From: Acidimicrobiia bacterium
GTDB lineage: Bacteria; Acidobacteriota; Vicinamibacteria; Vicinamibacterales; SCN-69-37
Direction: 5' to 3'
Length of the DNA: 64,000 nucleotides
Assembly: GCA_016871335.1 (NCBI GenBank)
Contig: VFZF01000003.1
Location: 63,205 to 127,204, forward strand
This document shows, piece after piece, positions 27,975 to 37,824 of this stretch (positions are counted from its first letter, which is position 1; the number at the start of each line of letters is the position of its first letter). The notes below the pieces were generated by a model. The model was not told where the DNA came from. It saw nothing but the letters and a program-made list of their open reading frames with translations, and made no database searches. A program made the position numbers and the translations under genes.

Positions 27975-29444
27975 ATGTTGCTCGTCACCGGTGCGACCGG
28001 ATATGTGGGGGGGCGCCTGGTCCCGAGGCTGTTGGAGGACGGCTATCGCGTCCGTGTAATCGCGCGCGATCCAAGCCGGCTGCAGGGCCGTGCCTGGGCC
28101 GACCACCCGCAGGTGGACATTGTGCAGGGTGATGCCCTGTCGGCGGCGTCGCTCGGACCGGCGATGGCGGGTGTGACCTGCGCCTATTACCTGATCCACA
28201 GCATGCAGAAGACCGCCGGCGCGGCCGGCGATTTTCATGAACGTGACCTGACGGCTGCGAGGAACTTCGGCGCGGCAGCACGGCACGCCGGCGTGCAGCG
28301 CATCATCTACCTTGGCGGACTCGGCGATCCTGACGCCGACCTCTCTCATCACCTGCGGTCCCGCCAGGAGACGGGTGACGCCCTGCGGGAGGCGGGAGTG
28401 CCGGTCACCGAGTTTCGCGCGGCCGTGATTGTCGGCGCGGGCAGCGTGTCATTCGAGATCATCCGGCACCTGACTGAACGGTTGCCCGCCATGATCTGTC
28501 CGCGCTGGGTGTATACACGCGCGCAGCCCATCGCCATCAGCAACGTGCTCGACTATCTGGTGGCAGCGGTCCGGACCCCGGAGGCCGCCGGACGCGTCGT
28601 CGAGATCGGCGGCGCCGATGTACTGACCTACGGCGACATGATGCTCGGCTACGCGCGCGTGCGCGGGTTGCGCCGCTGGCTCGTGCCGGTGCCGGTACTC
28701 ACGCCGCGGCTGTCGTCGTACTGGGTGCACTGGGTGACACCGATTCCGGCCGAGATCGCGGTGCCGCTCATCGAAGGCCTGCGCAATGAGGTGGTGGTGC
28801 GCGACGATGCGGCCCGGCGTCTGTTTCCCGGTGTGCACCCACTCGACTACCGGACGGCCGTGGCTCAGGCGCTCGGGGAACTCGATGTGCGCCACGTGGA
28901 ATCGTCATGGAGCGATGCGCTGGCCACCTCGCAGCGCGACCGGATGCCGCTGGTCTTCACCGCGCAGGACGGCATGTTCATCGAGCGGCGGCAGCACCTG
29001 GTGCCGGCGTCGGCGGCAGACGTCTTCCGGGCGTTCACGCGGATCGGCGGGGAGTGGGGCTGGCCGAGTTTCAACTGGCTGTGGCGACTGCGGGGCGGAC
29101 TCGACCGGCTGATGGGCGGCGTGGGATTCCGTCGCGGCCGCCGTGACCCGGATGAACTGCGCCCTGGGGACGCGGTCGACTTCTGGCGGGTCGAGGCGGT
29201 TGATCACAACCGGCTGCTTCGCCTCCGCGCCGAGATGAAGGTGCCCGGCCGTGCGTGGCTGCAGTTCGAAGCCAGACCGCAGGAGGATGGCCGCACACTG
29301 CTCGTGCAGACCGCCTTCTTTGCGCCAAAGGGCCTGCCCGGATTGATGTACTGGTATGCCGTGTACCCGCTCCACGGGCCGGTCTTCAGCACGATGATTG
29401 CCCGGCTCAGTGCACGCGCAAGAACGAAGCCGGTCACCCGATAG
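27975..29444 (+). CDS. NAD(P)-binding SDR-family protein with C-terminal DUF2867-like domain
   Basis: The Rossmann motif is MLLVTGATGYVGGRLV. The long C-terminal domain contains FWRVEAVDHNRLLRLRAEMKVPGRAWLQF. Confidence 0.85.
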   Translation: MLLVTGATGYVGGRLVPRLLEDGYRVRVIARDPSRLQGRAWADHPQVDIVQGDALSAASLGPAMAGVTCAYYLIHSMQKTAGAAGDFHERDLTAARNFGAAARHAGVQRIIYLGGLGDPDADLSHHLRSRQETGDALREAGVPVTEFRAAVIVGAGSVSFEIIRHLTERLPAMICPRWVYTRAQPIAISNVLDYLVAAVRTPEAAGRVVEIGGADVLTYGDMMLGYARVRGLRRWLVPVPVLTPRLSSYWVHWVTPIPAEIAVPLIEGLRNEVVVRDDAARRLFPGVHPLDYRTAVAQALGELDVRHVESSWSDALATSQRDRMPLVFTAQDGMFIERRQHLVPASAADVFRAFTRIGGEWGWPSFNWLWRLRGGLDRLMGGVGFRRGRRDPDELRPGDAVDFWRVEAVDHNRLLRLRAEMKVPGRAWLQFEARPQEDGRTLLVQTAFFAPKGLPGLMYWYAVYPLHGPVFSTMIARLSARARTKPVTR

Positions 29445-29579
29445 CAGTGGTGGCCATATCGCTCGCTGGCCAACGGTGGTGAGCGCAGCGCCCGTGGCGG
29501 GTGATGAGGCCGCGTCTCTGGACCCGCGACGTCCTGCGACGGCGGTCGAGGTACACTCTCCACGGGTGAGTGCCCTGCG

Positions 29580-30107
29580 ATGATTCGTATCCTGGTTGCC
29601 GATGATCACCCGGTTGTGTGTCTTGGCCTCCGTCACCTGCTGAATGGACAGCCGGACAGCACGGTCGTAGGAGAGGCCGCTGACGGACGAGACGCGCTGA
29701 CGCAGATCGCGAACCTGCGCCCTGACGTGCTGCTGCTCGGTCTGCACATGCCGAACCTGCCTGGACTGGACACACGCCGGGAACTGGCCGACTGTATTCG
29801 CACGGTGGTACCGGGCGGCTACCGGTTGCGAGGCCGTGCCGTCACCAACCTTGTCACGGAGCTGGAAACGCTGGTGCGATCGCAACGCGACGCTCCGGTG
29901 TCCCGTGTGCAGCTGACACCCCGCGAGATGGAAGTGGTGCGCCAGGTGGTGATCGGCGGCACGAATCGGGATATCGCGACGCAGCTGGGAATCACCGAAG
30001 ACACCGTCAAGCGTCACCTGACACATGTCTTCGACAAGACCGGCGTCTCATCGCGCCTCGACCTCGCCCTGTTCGCCCTGAAACATCTCGGCCTCGCCGT
30101 GGTCTGA
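29580..30107 (+). CDS. LuxR/NarL-type regulator with degenerate receiver domain
   Basis: ILVADDHP is followed by DVLLLGLHMP, with Gly where the phospho-acceptor Asp is expected. The receiver is about 35 aa shorter than normal. The HTH is intact (LTPREMEVVRQVVIGGTNRDIATQLGITEDTVKRHLTHVFDK). Confidence 0.8.
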   Translation: MIRILVADDHPVVCLGLRHLLNGQPDSTVVGEAADGRDALTQIANLRPDVLLLGLHMPNLPGLDTRRELADCIRTVVPGGYRLRGRAVTNLVTELETLVRSQRDAPVSRVQLTPREMEVVRQVVIGGTNRDIATQLGITEDTVKRHLTHVFDKTGVSSRLDLALFALKHLGLAVV

Positions 30108-30260
30108 CGCGATGACTGGGGCGGCCGGCCTGGACGGGGAGCCTCCTCCTGCACGCCGTCGCCACGGCTTTCGGCCAGGGAACCCGCTGGTTGCGTGACC
30201 GGTTGTCCACCGTGACGGTCGTGCAGGAGGCGCTCGACAGGCACTGTGCCACAATCGCGC

Positions 30261-31301
30261 ATGCCGATCCCCCGTCCCTGTGCGCCTCGTCGTCCACGCG
30301 CTGCCCTGTGGCTCTGTCTCCTGTGGGCCCTGCTGGCGCCGTGGCACGCCGCCGCTCAACCGCCGCAGGCCCTCGCCCTGCGCGATCAGCTGGCGGTGGG
30401 CTATCTGCAGCTGGAGCTGGCCCTGGCCGAGCGCCCGGTCACGGCCACCGACGCCCGCATACAACTCAATCGTGAGTTCGATCGCCTGACCCTGACCTTC
30501 TTCGCGGGCAACATGACCGGCGCGATAGGCATGCTCGACACCCTGGTCCGTACCACCGTGGGTGATGCCGCACGTCTGACGATCCTGCGGTCGCGCGCGG
30601 AGGAGCGTCTGACCGCACTGACGGCCGCCCGCCGTGTGCAGCAGGTCGGTGCGGCGACTGTCCCGCATTTGTTGCACGTGCCACCGGGCGAGGCGCCGGC
30701 GGCGGGTTGGCCGGTCGTGGTGGCCGTACACGGCAGCGGCGGCGACGAACGGATGTTCTTCGGAGGGTACGGTGCCGGATCCATTCGGGCGCTTGCCGAG
30801 TCCCACGGTGTGGCCGTCGTCACTCCGCTGGCGCCGCTGTCACCTGCGGCCCTGCTGGGACTGGTGGACGCCTTGGCGGACTCACATCGCCTTGACGGTA
30901 CCCGCGTCGCGCTGCTCGGTCACTCCATGGGGGCGGGCGTCGTGTCACGCGCTGCGGCGGAACACCCCGCTCGGGTGCACGCCGTCGTGTGCATCGCCGG
31001 CAGTTGCGCGGCCGCCGCAGCAGAGGGCGCGCGGATGCCGGTGCTGGTGATCGCCGGTGCGCTCGATCCGCTGGCCGGTGCAGCTGGACTTGAACAGCAG
31101 ATGGGGGCCCTGCGGCGTGATGGCCGTGTCGTCCAGTTCCGGCGGTACGACACGGAAGGGCACACGCTGGTCGTCGGTCAGGCGTTGCCCGACGTCATGC
31201 GCTGGCTGGCCGACCAACTGTCGCAGCGAATGCCCCGCAGCGGCCTTCAGTCCATCCGTCAGCAGGATCACGCCAGGGAGAAACAGACCCACGCCCGGTG
31301 A
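30261..31301 (+). CDS. Secreted alpha/beta hydrolase (esterase/dienelactone-hydrolase-like)
   Basis: Signal peptide MPIPRPCAPRRPRAALWLCLLWALLAPWHAAAQ and nucleophile elbow LLGHSMGAG. I prefer ATG 30261 to GTG 30246. Confidence 0.75.
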   Translation: MPIPRPCAPRRPRAALWLCLLWALLAPWHAAAQPPQALALRDQLAVGYLQLELALAERPVTATDARIQLNREFDRLTLTFFAGNMTGAIGMLDTLVRTTVGDAARLTILRSRAEERLTALTAARRVQQVGAATVPHLLHVPPGEAPAAGWPVVVAVHGSGGDERMFFGGYGAGSIRALAESHGVAVVTPLAPLSPAALLGLVDALADSHRLDGTRVALLGHSMGAGVVSRAAAEHPARVHAVVCIAGSCAAAAAEGARMPVLVIAGALDPLAGAAGLEQQMGALRRDGRVVQFRRYDTEGHTLVVGQALPDVMRWLADQLSQRMPRSGLQSIRQQDHAREKQTHAR

Positions 31302-31342
31302 CGCCCCCGGGGCGGAACGTCACACCGAGTCTGTGGCGGGGG

Positions 31343-31401
31343 CCCTTCACGCCTCGTTGTGACGCGTGGGGCAGTGCGCCGTACCGGCGCGGACCGCCGT
31401 C
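31343..31401. repeat. Direct repeat copy A (imperfect duplicate of the pnp stop-codon region)
   Basis: CCCTTCACGCCTCGTTGTGA...TGGGGCAG...ACCGGCGCGGACCGCCGTC aligns with 41574-41634 at about 80% identity by hand count. The blocks that align exactly are 14, 8 and 15 nt. Confidence 0.7.
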
Positions 31402-31440
31402 GGTGGTGCTGCTGACTGTGCGTTGGGCCATGCGGCAATC

Positions 31441-33123
31441 CTACCGGCGGGCTGTTTCGACAGTGTAAGTGTGCCGCCCGCCCATGACCGTCAGCCTGGC
31501 CTTGACCTGATGGAGCGTCGTCGGCGGCACTGCGAAAATATCCTCGGACAACACGACAAAGTCGGCGAACCTGCCGACCGCCAGCGTGCCCTTCACATCG
31601 TCTTCAAAACTCGCGTACGCCGCATCACGGGTGAAGTGACGCACCGCGGCGTCCACCGAGATTCTCCCCTCGGGATACCAGCCGCCTTCAGGGGTGCCAT
31701 CCGGCAACTGGCGCGTGACGGCCGCGTGGATGCCACGCATCACCTCCATCGTGAACACCGGGTAGTCACTGCCGAATGCCTGCACGGCGCCCGCGTCATC
31801 AAACAGCTTGAACGCGTTGGAGCGAGACGCGCGATCAGGTCCCAGTGCCGGTGCGTAGTTGGTGAGCGTGATCGCGTCAGGGCTGGCGAACATCGCCTGC
31901 GTCGAGGCGATGACGCCAAGCGCCTTGAAGCGCGGCAGGTCGGTCAGGTCGGGCACCTCGACGTGCTCCACGCGATGGCGCCGGTCGCGCGGGCCGTTGA
32001 CCCGCGCTGCGTGTTCAAACGCGTCGAGCGCCATCCGGATCGCGCGGTCGCCGATCGCATGCAGCTGCACCTGCAGCCCCACGCGGTCGTAGTCCGTCAC
32101 CACGCGGTTGAGATCCTCCTGCGGCCACATCGGCAGGCCCGTTTCGCTGTGATGGGCGTAGGGGTCGAGCAGCGCGGCCGTATGGGCGTCGACCGTGCCG
32201 TCGAGCATACCCTTCGCAATGCCGAACTGCAGCAGGCCGTCGCGATGCGCGTCGCGCACGGCGACGAACTCCTGCAGGCGCTCCGGCGTGATGTCGCGCG
32301 CGAACGGTACGGCCACTCGAAGCCGGGCCTTCAGCGTCCCTTCGCGCAGCGCCCGCGTGTACGCCTCGAACTCGATGCCAGACGCGCCGCTGCCGCTCGC
32401 GACCTGCAGCGAGGTCAACCCGAACGACGCGGCCGTGTCGAGTTGTTCCAGCAGCGCGCGGTACACCTGGTCGGCGGTCAGGTCGGGCATCAGCCGACGC
32501 ACCAGTCCCGACGCCGCCTCCTTCAACACCCCGGTCGGCTCGCCGCGGGTGTCGCGGTCGATGCGGCCGTTCTCGGGATCGCGTGTGGCGCGTGTGATCC
32601 CTGCCAGCGCCAACGCGTGCGAGTTGACGACCACTTGATGCCCATCGCGATCGGTGAGCACGACGGGGCGGTCAGCAAACACCTCGTCGAGGTACCGGCG
32701 ATGCGCGCGGTGGTCCGGAAAGTCCGACGGTCCCCATCCGCGTCCAGTCACCCACTCGTCGGGCCCAAGCGTGGCGGCAAACTCGCGCAGCCGACGCTGG
32801 ATTTCGGCGACGGTGCCGGCCTCGACCAGATCAGCCGTGCGCCGTGTCGGCAGATGCCAGTGCGCGTCGTTGAACCCGGGTACCACACGGGCGCCGCCAA
32901 GATCCACCACCCGCGTCGCGTCGATGCGATGCCGTTCCACCTCATCCGCAGTCCCAATCGCGACGATGCGGCCTGCGGCGATGGCGAGGGCCTGCGCCTC
33001 CGGCTGCGCGGCCTCGCCGGTCCAGATCCGCGCATTCGTGTAGATGACCTCCGCAGGCGGCCGGGCACGGCTGCCGCACGCGACAACGTGAAGGGTCAGG
33101 GCAAGAGCCACGGCGTGGCGCAT
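31441..33123 (-). CDS. Amidohydrolase-family metal-dependent hydrolase (YtcJ-like), probable lipoprotein
   Basis: MRHAVALALTLHVVACGS, then VIYTNARIWTG...VPGFNDAHWHL. C-terminal metal ligands follow (HAIGDRA..., HRVEHVE, GSDYPV). I use the ATG at 33123. Confidence 0.88.
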   Translation of the reverse strand: MRHAVALALTLHVVACGSRARPPAEVIYTNARIWTGEAAQPEAQALAIAAGRIVAIGTADEVERHRIDATRVVDLGGARVVPGFNDAHWHLPTRRTADLVEAGTVAEIQRRLREFAATLGPDEWVTGRGWGPSDFPDHRAHRRYLDEVFADRPVVLTDRDGHQVVVNSHALALAGITRATRDPENGRIDRDTRGEPTGVLKEAASGLVRRLMPDLTADQVYRALLEQLDTAASFGLTSLQVASGSGASGIEFEAYTRALREGTLKARLRVAVPFARDITPERLQEFVAVRDAHRDGLLQFGIAKGMLDGTVDAHTAALLDPYAHHSETGLPMWPQEDLNRVVTDYDRVGLQVQLHAIGDRAIRMALDAFEHAARVNGPRDRRHRVEHVEVPDLTDLPRFKALGVIASTQAMFASPDAITLTNYAPALGPDRASRSNAFKLFDDAGAVQAFGSDYPVFTMEVMRGIHAAVTRQLPDGTPEGGWYPEGRISVDAAVRHFTRDAAYASFEDDVKGTLAVGRFADFVVLSEDIFAVPPTTLHQVKARLTVMGGRHTYTVETARR

Positions 33124-33324
33124 GCCGCGCAGTCTACACGCATCCGCCCGCCGATCGGCGCAGGAAAGAGCCACGGAGCAAAAACCCCGGGGCTTCATGA
33201 CGATGTGCGGATGGGGCAGCACCTGCCGCGCCACGTGGCGGCCAGGCAGACGTCGACGACGACTGGATCGAGCGAAGCGCGCGCCACAGGGCGCCGCTGC
33301 CAGACACGAACCGGCGGACTGTCC

Positions 33325-33945
33325 TCAGGTCGTCCTGCGTTTACTCTTCGAGACGGTCTGCAGCAGCGTCGCGGCCGTGAACGGCTTGGGCAGCCTGGCC
33401 GAGACGGAGATGTCCTGCGGCAGGTGTCGGGTGTCAACGTCCGACTGGCCGCTCATCACGACGCAGGGCACCCGCGGGTCGAGTTGCCTCATCGCGCGCA
33501 GCGCCTGCGGGCCGTCGAGCACGGGCATTGTGAGATCCGTGATCACCAGAGCGATGGACGAGTGCGCCTTGCGGAAGCGCTCGATCGCTTCTGCTCCGTC
33601 CTGCGCGAGCAGCACACGATAGCCGAACGCCTCAAGGGTGGCGGCCATCGTGGTTCTCACGGAGCTGTCATCTTCGACCACGAGCAGCATGTCGCCGTCC
33701 CCGCGCGGGAGATCGATCGTCCGAGCCTGGGGCTCGCTGCCGACGGCATCAGCATCGGCATCGGCGGGGAAGTACAGACGGAAGACGCTGCCCTTCCCGA
33801 CGTCACTGTAAATCATCATGAAGCCCCCATGGGCCCGGACGATGCTGAGCGTCGTGGGAATGCCGAGCCCCGTGCCGCTCCCGACCGGCTTGGTGCTGAA
33901 AAACGGCTCATAGATGTGCGAGAGCACCTCGAGCGTCATCAAGGG
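33325..33945 (-). pseudogene. Hybrid histidine kinase remnant: end of HATPase domain plus intact receiver domain
   Basis: [24 protein letters not shown] is followed by a full REC domain (MLLVVEDD...VITDLTMPVLDG...KPF). The sensor, HisKA and the N/G1 boxes are absent. The REC could still be made from an internal Met. Confidence 0.65.
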
Positions 33946-34456
33946 CGTGGACTGGGTAACGGCCAACGCCGTGCACCCAGCCGTGGCCAACATGAGCCTT
34001 GGTGGCGGCGTCAGCGAGGCGCTCGACGCTGCGGTGGTCAAATCCGCATCCAGCGGTGTGTTCTATGCGATTGCCGCCGGCAATAGCAGCACCGACGCTT
34101 GCACGTCGTCGCCCGCAAGAACGGGCCGAGGCGACAACGGCATCATGACCACCGCCGCGATCGACAGCTCCGACTCGGAAACCAGCTGGAGCAATTACGG
34201 CGCGTGCGTCGATGTCTGGGCGCCGGGGCAGAACATCCTGTCCACCAAACGAGGGGGCGGCACAACGACCATGTCTGGGACGTCGATGGCGTCGCCGAAC
34301 GTGGCCGGGACGGCAGCGCTGGCGCTGCTCAAACCCAAGATTGCAGTCGTCGACGCGTCAGGGCTGGAGATTAGACTGAAGAGTGACCTGGTCAACACCT
34401 CCAAGTTTGGCAAGGGGAGCGTCCTGATCATGCGCGTCAACGCCGACCCGTACTGA
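33926..34456 (+). pseudogene. Subtilisin-family (S8) peptidase remnant, C-terminal half only
   Basis: IKGVDWV...ANMSLGG...AIAAGN...SWSNYG...VWAPG...MSGTSMASPNVAG. The Asp and His catalytic regions are absent. The 5' end abuts the kinase remnant head to head. Confidence 0.7.
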
Positions 34457-34715
34457 GCCCACCCAAAAAGGCCGTCCCCCTGGAGTGAACGACCCGCTGA
34501 CGCGAGCCGGACGTGCTCGGCGCCATCCGATGCATCGTGCCTGTCTCGCTGCCGCCAGGCGCGTAGTCCGGTCGACCTCCTCGTCCTCGACCCAGCGTCG
34601 GATAAGGGATAAGATCGGCGGTGAAGCTCCGGCCGTATGGCCGTGGTGACCGAGGGGGCTACGATCTCGGCGCCCTGCGCGAGGGGATCGAGGCGATTAT
34701 GACCGCGCTGGACCA

Positions 34716-36737
34716 ATGACATCCACGCTCCGGAAACTGGCGGTCGGGCTGGTCATCGGGCTGGCTGCCTGGCTGGCCGCGACGGGGCTGGCGCGATTCG
34801 GCCTGCTCGACGATATCGAACTGGCGGCCTTCGATCGGCGGCTCATCGCCACGCATCGGCCCGCTGACGCCCACGACGACATCGTCATTGTGGAGATCAA
34901 TGAGTCGTCGCTCGACGCGCTGGAACCGGTGTTCGGCCGGTGGCCCTGGCCGCGGCTGGTGCACGCCGGGGCCGTGGATTACCTGTCGCGCGCCGGCGCG
35001 CGGGTGATCGCCTACGACATCCTGTTCGTGGACCGCGACCTTCGCGGCGCGTTTCCGGTGGGGGGGCGCACCGTGAGCGGCGCCGAGTCCGATCAGGCCC
35101 TGATTGACAGCGTGGGCCGCGCCGGGAATGTGGTGCTTGCCGCCAATGCCGCGTTTGAGGGGCTGGAGAGCGGCGCGGCTCCGGAGGCCGTTGCACCGCC
35201 GCTGCCCGGGATTTCGTACGCGCCGGGCGAAGGATTCCAGCGGCGCCCCTATCTCACGTTGCCGATCGAGCCGCTGGCGAATGTGGCTGCGGGCGTGGGC
35301 CACACCTTCCTGGTCCTGGATCCGGACGGCACGGCACGCCGCATCCTGCCGTTCGTCGAGGCGCAGGGGCGGATGATTCCGTGGCTCGGACTGAGCGCCG
35401 CGCTGGCCGCGACGAATCGGCAGCCGGAGGACGTGTCGGTTGACGGCGAGTGGCTGCGCATCGGCGACACACGCCTCGCGCTGCTGGCCGATCCGGTGCC
35501 CGGCACGCCGCCGCAGCCGTCCCGGCAGATGCTGCTCCGGCAGCATGGTCCGTACGCCACGGCGGACGGCGCCCGCACGTATCCGTCGTACTCGTTTTAT
35601 GACGTGCTGCGCGCTGAGGACGCATGGCACGCGGGGGAGGCGCCGGCGCTCGATCCTGACGTCTTTCGCGACAAGGTGGTGTTCGTCGGTCTGACCGCAC
35701 TCTCGGAGAACGACGTGCACACGTCGCCGTTCGGCGGACCGCCGCTGCCAGGCGTACAGTTGCACGCGGCCGCGGCCGATGACCTGCTGTCGGCCCGCAC
35801 CATGCGGCGCGCGCCGGCGTGGGCCAGCGCGGCCGTGACGGCGGCGGCGAGCGTGGTGACCGGCGTGTTGGCGGTGGTGTGTCTCCTGCGCCTCGGCCTG
35901 CCGGCGATTGCCGTCTTTGCCATGACGCTGGCCTGGGGGCTCACGAGCGCCGTCGGGCATGGCCTCTGGCTGGCCAGTGTGACGCCGGCGCTCGGGCTGA
36001 CGCTGGCGTTGTTTGGCGGGACGATCTGGCAATGGGCGGTGGAGGGCCACCAGAAGCGGCAAATCAAGGCGCTCTTCGGGAAGTATGTGTCGCCGGATGT
36101 GTTCTCGCATCTGGTCGCGCATCCCGACGTGGCGCTGGGCGGACAGCGGCGCGAGATGTCGGTGCTATTCTCTGACATCCGGGGATTCACCTCCACGTCC
36201 GAGAAGGCCTCGCCGGAGGCGGTTGTCGCCCAGCTGAACGAGTACTTCACGGCGATGGTCGAGGTGCTCTTCCGGCATCAGGGCACGCTCGACAAGTTCG
36301 TCGGCGACATGGTGATGGGGCTGTTCGGGGCGCCGGTCGCCGATCCCCGGCATGCCGACCATGCGGTCGGGGCGGCGGTCGAGATGGTGACGGTGCTCGA
36401 CCGGCTGAACGCCGGCTGGGAGGCGAGGGGGATGCCGCGGCTGGAGATCGGCATCGGGGTCAACTCCGGTGAGATGATTGCGGGTAACATCGGTTCCTCC
36501 TCGATCATGAGCTACACGGTCATCGGAGATGCGGTGAACCTCGGCGCGAGGCTCGAGTCGCTCAACAAGGACTTCGGCACGCGCATCCTGATCAGCGAGG
36601 CGACCCGGGCGCGGCTGACGATGCCGGTGGCGACGCGCGAGATGGGGGCGGTGACGGTCAAGGGCAAGACCACGGCGGTGCTGGTGCACGCGGTGGGTGC
36701 CGGGGCCGGCCGGGATGGCATGCAGGAGGTCGGGTGA
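34716..36737 (+). CDS. CHASE2-sensor class III adenylate/guanylate cyclase
   Basis: N-terminal TM helix and CHASE2-like periplasmic region (IVIVEINESSLDALEPVFGRWPWPRLVHA...AYDILF), then several TM helices. The cyclase core is REMSVLFSDIRGFTS...DKFVGDMVMGLFGAP...YTVIGDAVNLGARLES. Confidence 0.9.
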   Translation: MTSTLRKLAVGLVIGLAAWLAATGLARFGLLDDIELAAFDRRLIATHRPADAHDDIVIVEINESSLDALEPVFGRWPWPRLVHAGAVDYLSRAGARVIAYDILFVDRDLRGAFPVGGRTVSGAESDQALIDSVGRAGNVVLAANAAFEGLESGAAPEAVAPPLPGISYAPGEGFQRRPYLTLPIEPLANVAAGVGHTFLVLDPDGTARRILPFVEAQGRMIPWLGLSAALAATNRQPEDVSVDGEWLRIGDTRLALLADPVPGTPPQPSRQMLLRQHGPYATADGARTYPSYSFYDVLRAEDAWHAGEAPALDPDVFRDKVVFVGLTALSENDVHTSPFGGPPLPGVQLHAAAADDLLSARTMRRAPAWASAAVTAAASVVTGVLAVVCLLRLGLPAIAVFAMTLAWGLTSAVGHGLWLASVTPALGLTLALFGGTIWQWAVEGHQKRQIKALFGKYVSPDVFSHLVAHPDVALGGQRREMSVLFSDIRGFTSTSEKASPEAVVAQLNEYFTAMVEVLFRHQGTLDKFVGDMVMGLFGAPVADPRHADHAVGAAVEMVTVLDRLNAGWEARGMPRLEIGIGVNSGEMIAGNIGSSSIMSYTVIGDAVNLGARLESLNKDFGTRILISEATRARLTMPVATREMGAVTVKGKTTAVLVHAVGAGAGRDGMQEVG

Positions 36738-37819
36738 TGATGCGGCTGATGATCGGGGGCACACTGGTGATGGCCGGCCTGGCGGCGCCGGCCTCGGCGC
36801 AGCTGGGGCAGGTGGCGGGCCGGGTCCGCAACGCGGTGGACGCGGTCGATCAGGTGAAGGACCTGATCATCACCGAACAGGAAGAGATGGCGATGGGGGC
36901 CGCGATCAGCGAGAAGCTGCGGCAGAAGTACGGCGTGGTGCAGAATCAGGCCGTCCACAAGTATGTCTCGCTGGTGGGACACGTCCTGGCAGCCTCGAGC
37001 ACCCGGCCCGCCCTCTCCTGGACGTTCATCGTGCTCGACACCGATGGCGTCAATGCGTTTGCCGCGCCCGGCGGGTACATCCACATCACCCGCGGGGCGC
37101 TGGCGCTCATCCGCAACGAGTCGGAGCTGGCCGGCGTGCTCGGCCATGAACTGGCCCACGTCACGCAGAAACACACGATCAACGCGATCAGGAAGTCGAA
37201 GACGCTCGATCTGGGTACGACTGCGCTTTCACGCAGCCAGTTGCTCGATCGGGTCACCGACGCGGCGTATGAGAGCCTGCTCGAGAACAACTTCGACCGC
37301 GGGGACGAGAACTCGTCGGACGAGATCGGCATCCAGTTGTCGAATGCGGCCGGCTATGCGCCGTCGGGCCTCGGGTCGTTCCTCACCAAGCTGGCCGACC
37401 GCAACAAGGACCTGCAGGAGCGCAGCGGCGTGTTTGCGTCGCACCCCGAAACCAAGAGCCGGCTCGACCGCCTGAAGAGCCAGATCAGCTCGAAGAAGCT
37501 GACGGCCACCGCGACGGTGGCGGCGCGGTACACGGCCACGATCACCTACGCCCCCACGCCCGTCACGGCGGTCGCCACCGCTGCGCCCGGCGCGGCCGCG
37601 ACGCCGGCGGCCCCCAAGCCTGGTGACAGCCGCTTCGGCCTGGGCGGGCTGACCTCGAGGCTCGGCGGGGAGAAGACGGGCAACCAGACGGTGGCGTCGG
37701 CGGGTTCCCGCGGGGTGAATCCGGATCGTGACGCAAAGGGCGGGCCGAATCCACGGGCGGTGGCGGTGACGATTACCGCCGCGGACATCGCGGCGTTCCG
37801 CCAGGGCATTACGGGGTAA
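36737..37819 (+). CDS. Periplasmic M48-family zinc metalloprotease
   Basis: Signal peptide MMRLMIGGTLVMAGLAAPASAQ, the motif HELAHVTQKH, and a downstream GDENSSDEIG. The start codons (GTG 36734, ATG 36737 or 36740) overlap the cyclase stop, and GGAGG lies at 36725-36729. Confidence 0.85.
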   Translation: MMRLMIGGTLVMAGLAAPASAQLGQVAGRVRNAVDAVDQVKDLIITEQEEMAMGAAISEKLRQKYGVVQNQAVHKYVSLVGHVLAASSTRPALSWTFIVLDTDGVNAFAAPGGYIHITRGALALIRNESELAGVLGHELAHVTQKHTINAIRKSKTLDLGTTALSRSQLLDRVTDAAYESLLENNFDRGDENSSDEIGIQLSNAAGYAPSGLGSFLTKLADRNKDLQERSGVFASHPETKSRLDRLKSQISSKKLTATATVAARYTATITYAPTPVTAVATAAPGAAATPAAPKPGDSRFGLGGLTSRLGGEKTGNQTVASAGSRGVNPDRDAKGGPNPRAVAVTITAADIAAFRQGITG

Positions 37820-37824
37820 CGCGC

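Noticed and set aside
31436-31452. CTACCGGCGGG at the amidohydrolase stop, which resembles CTACCGGCGCGG at the pnp stop
   Set aside because: Only about 9-11 nt are shared. They simply encode Arg-Arg-stop in a GC-rich codon set. This is too short to count as a third copy of the direct repeat.
31366-34086. 906-aa ORF on the plus strand
   Set aside because: It is antisense to the amidohydrolase gene and the kinase-REC remnant. It is low-complexity and Arg-rich, with no recognisable domain. It is a shadow ORF.
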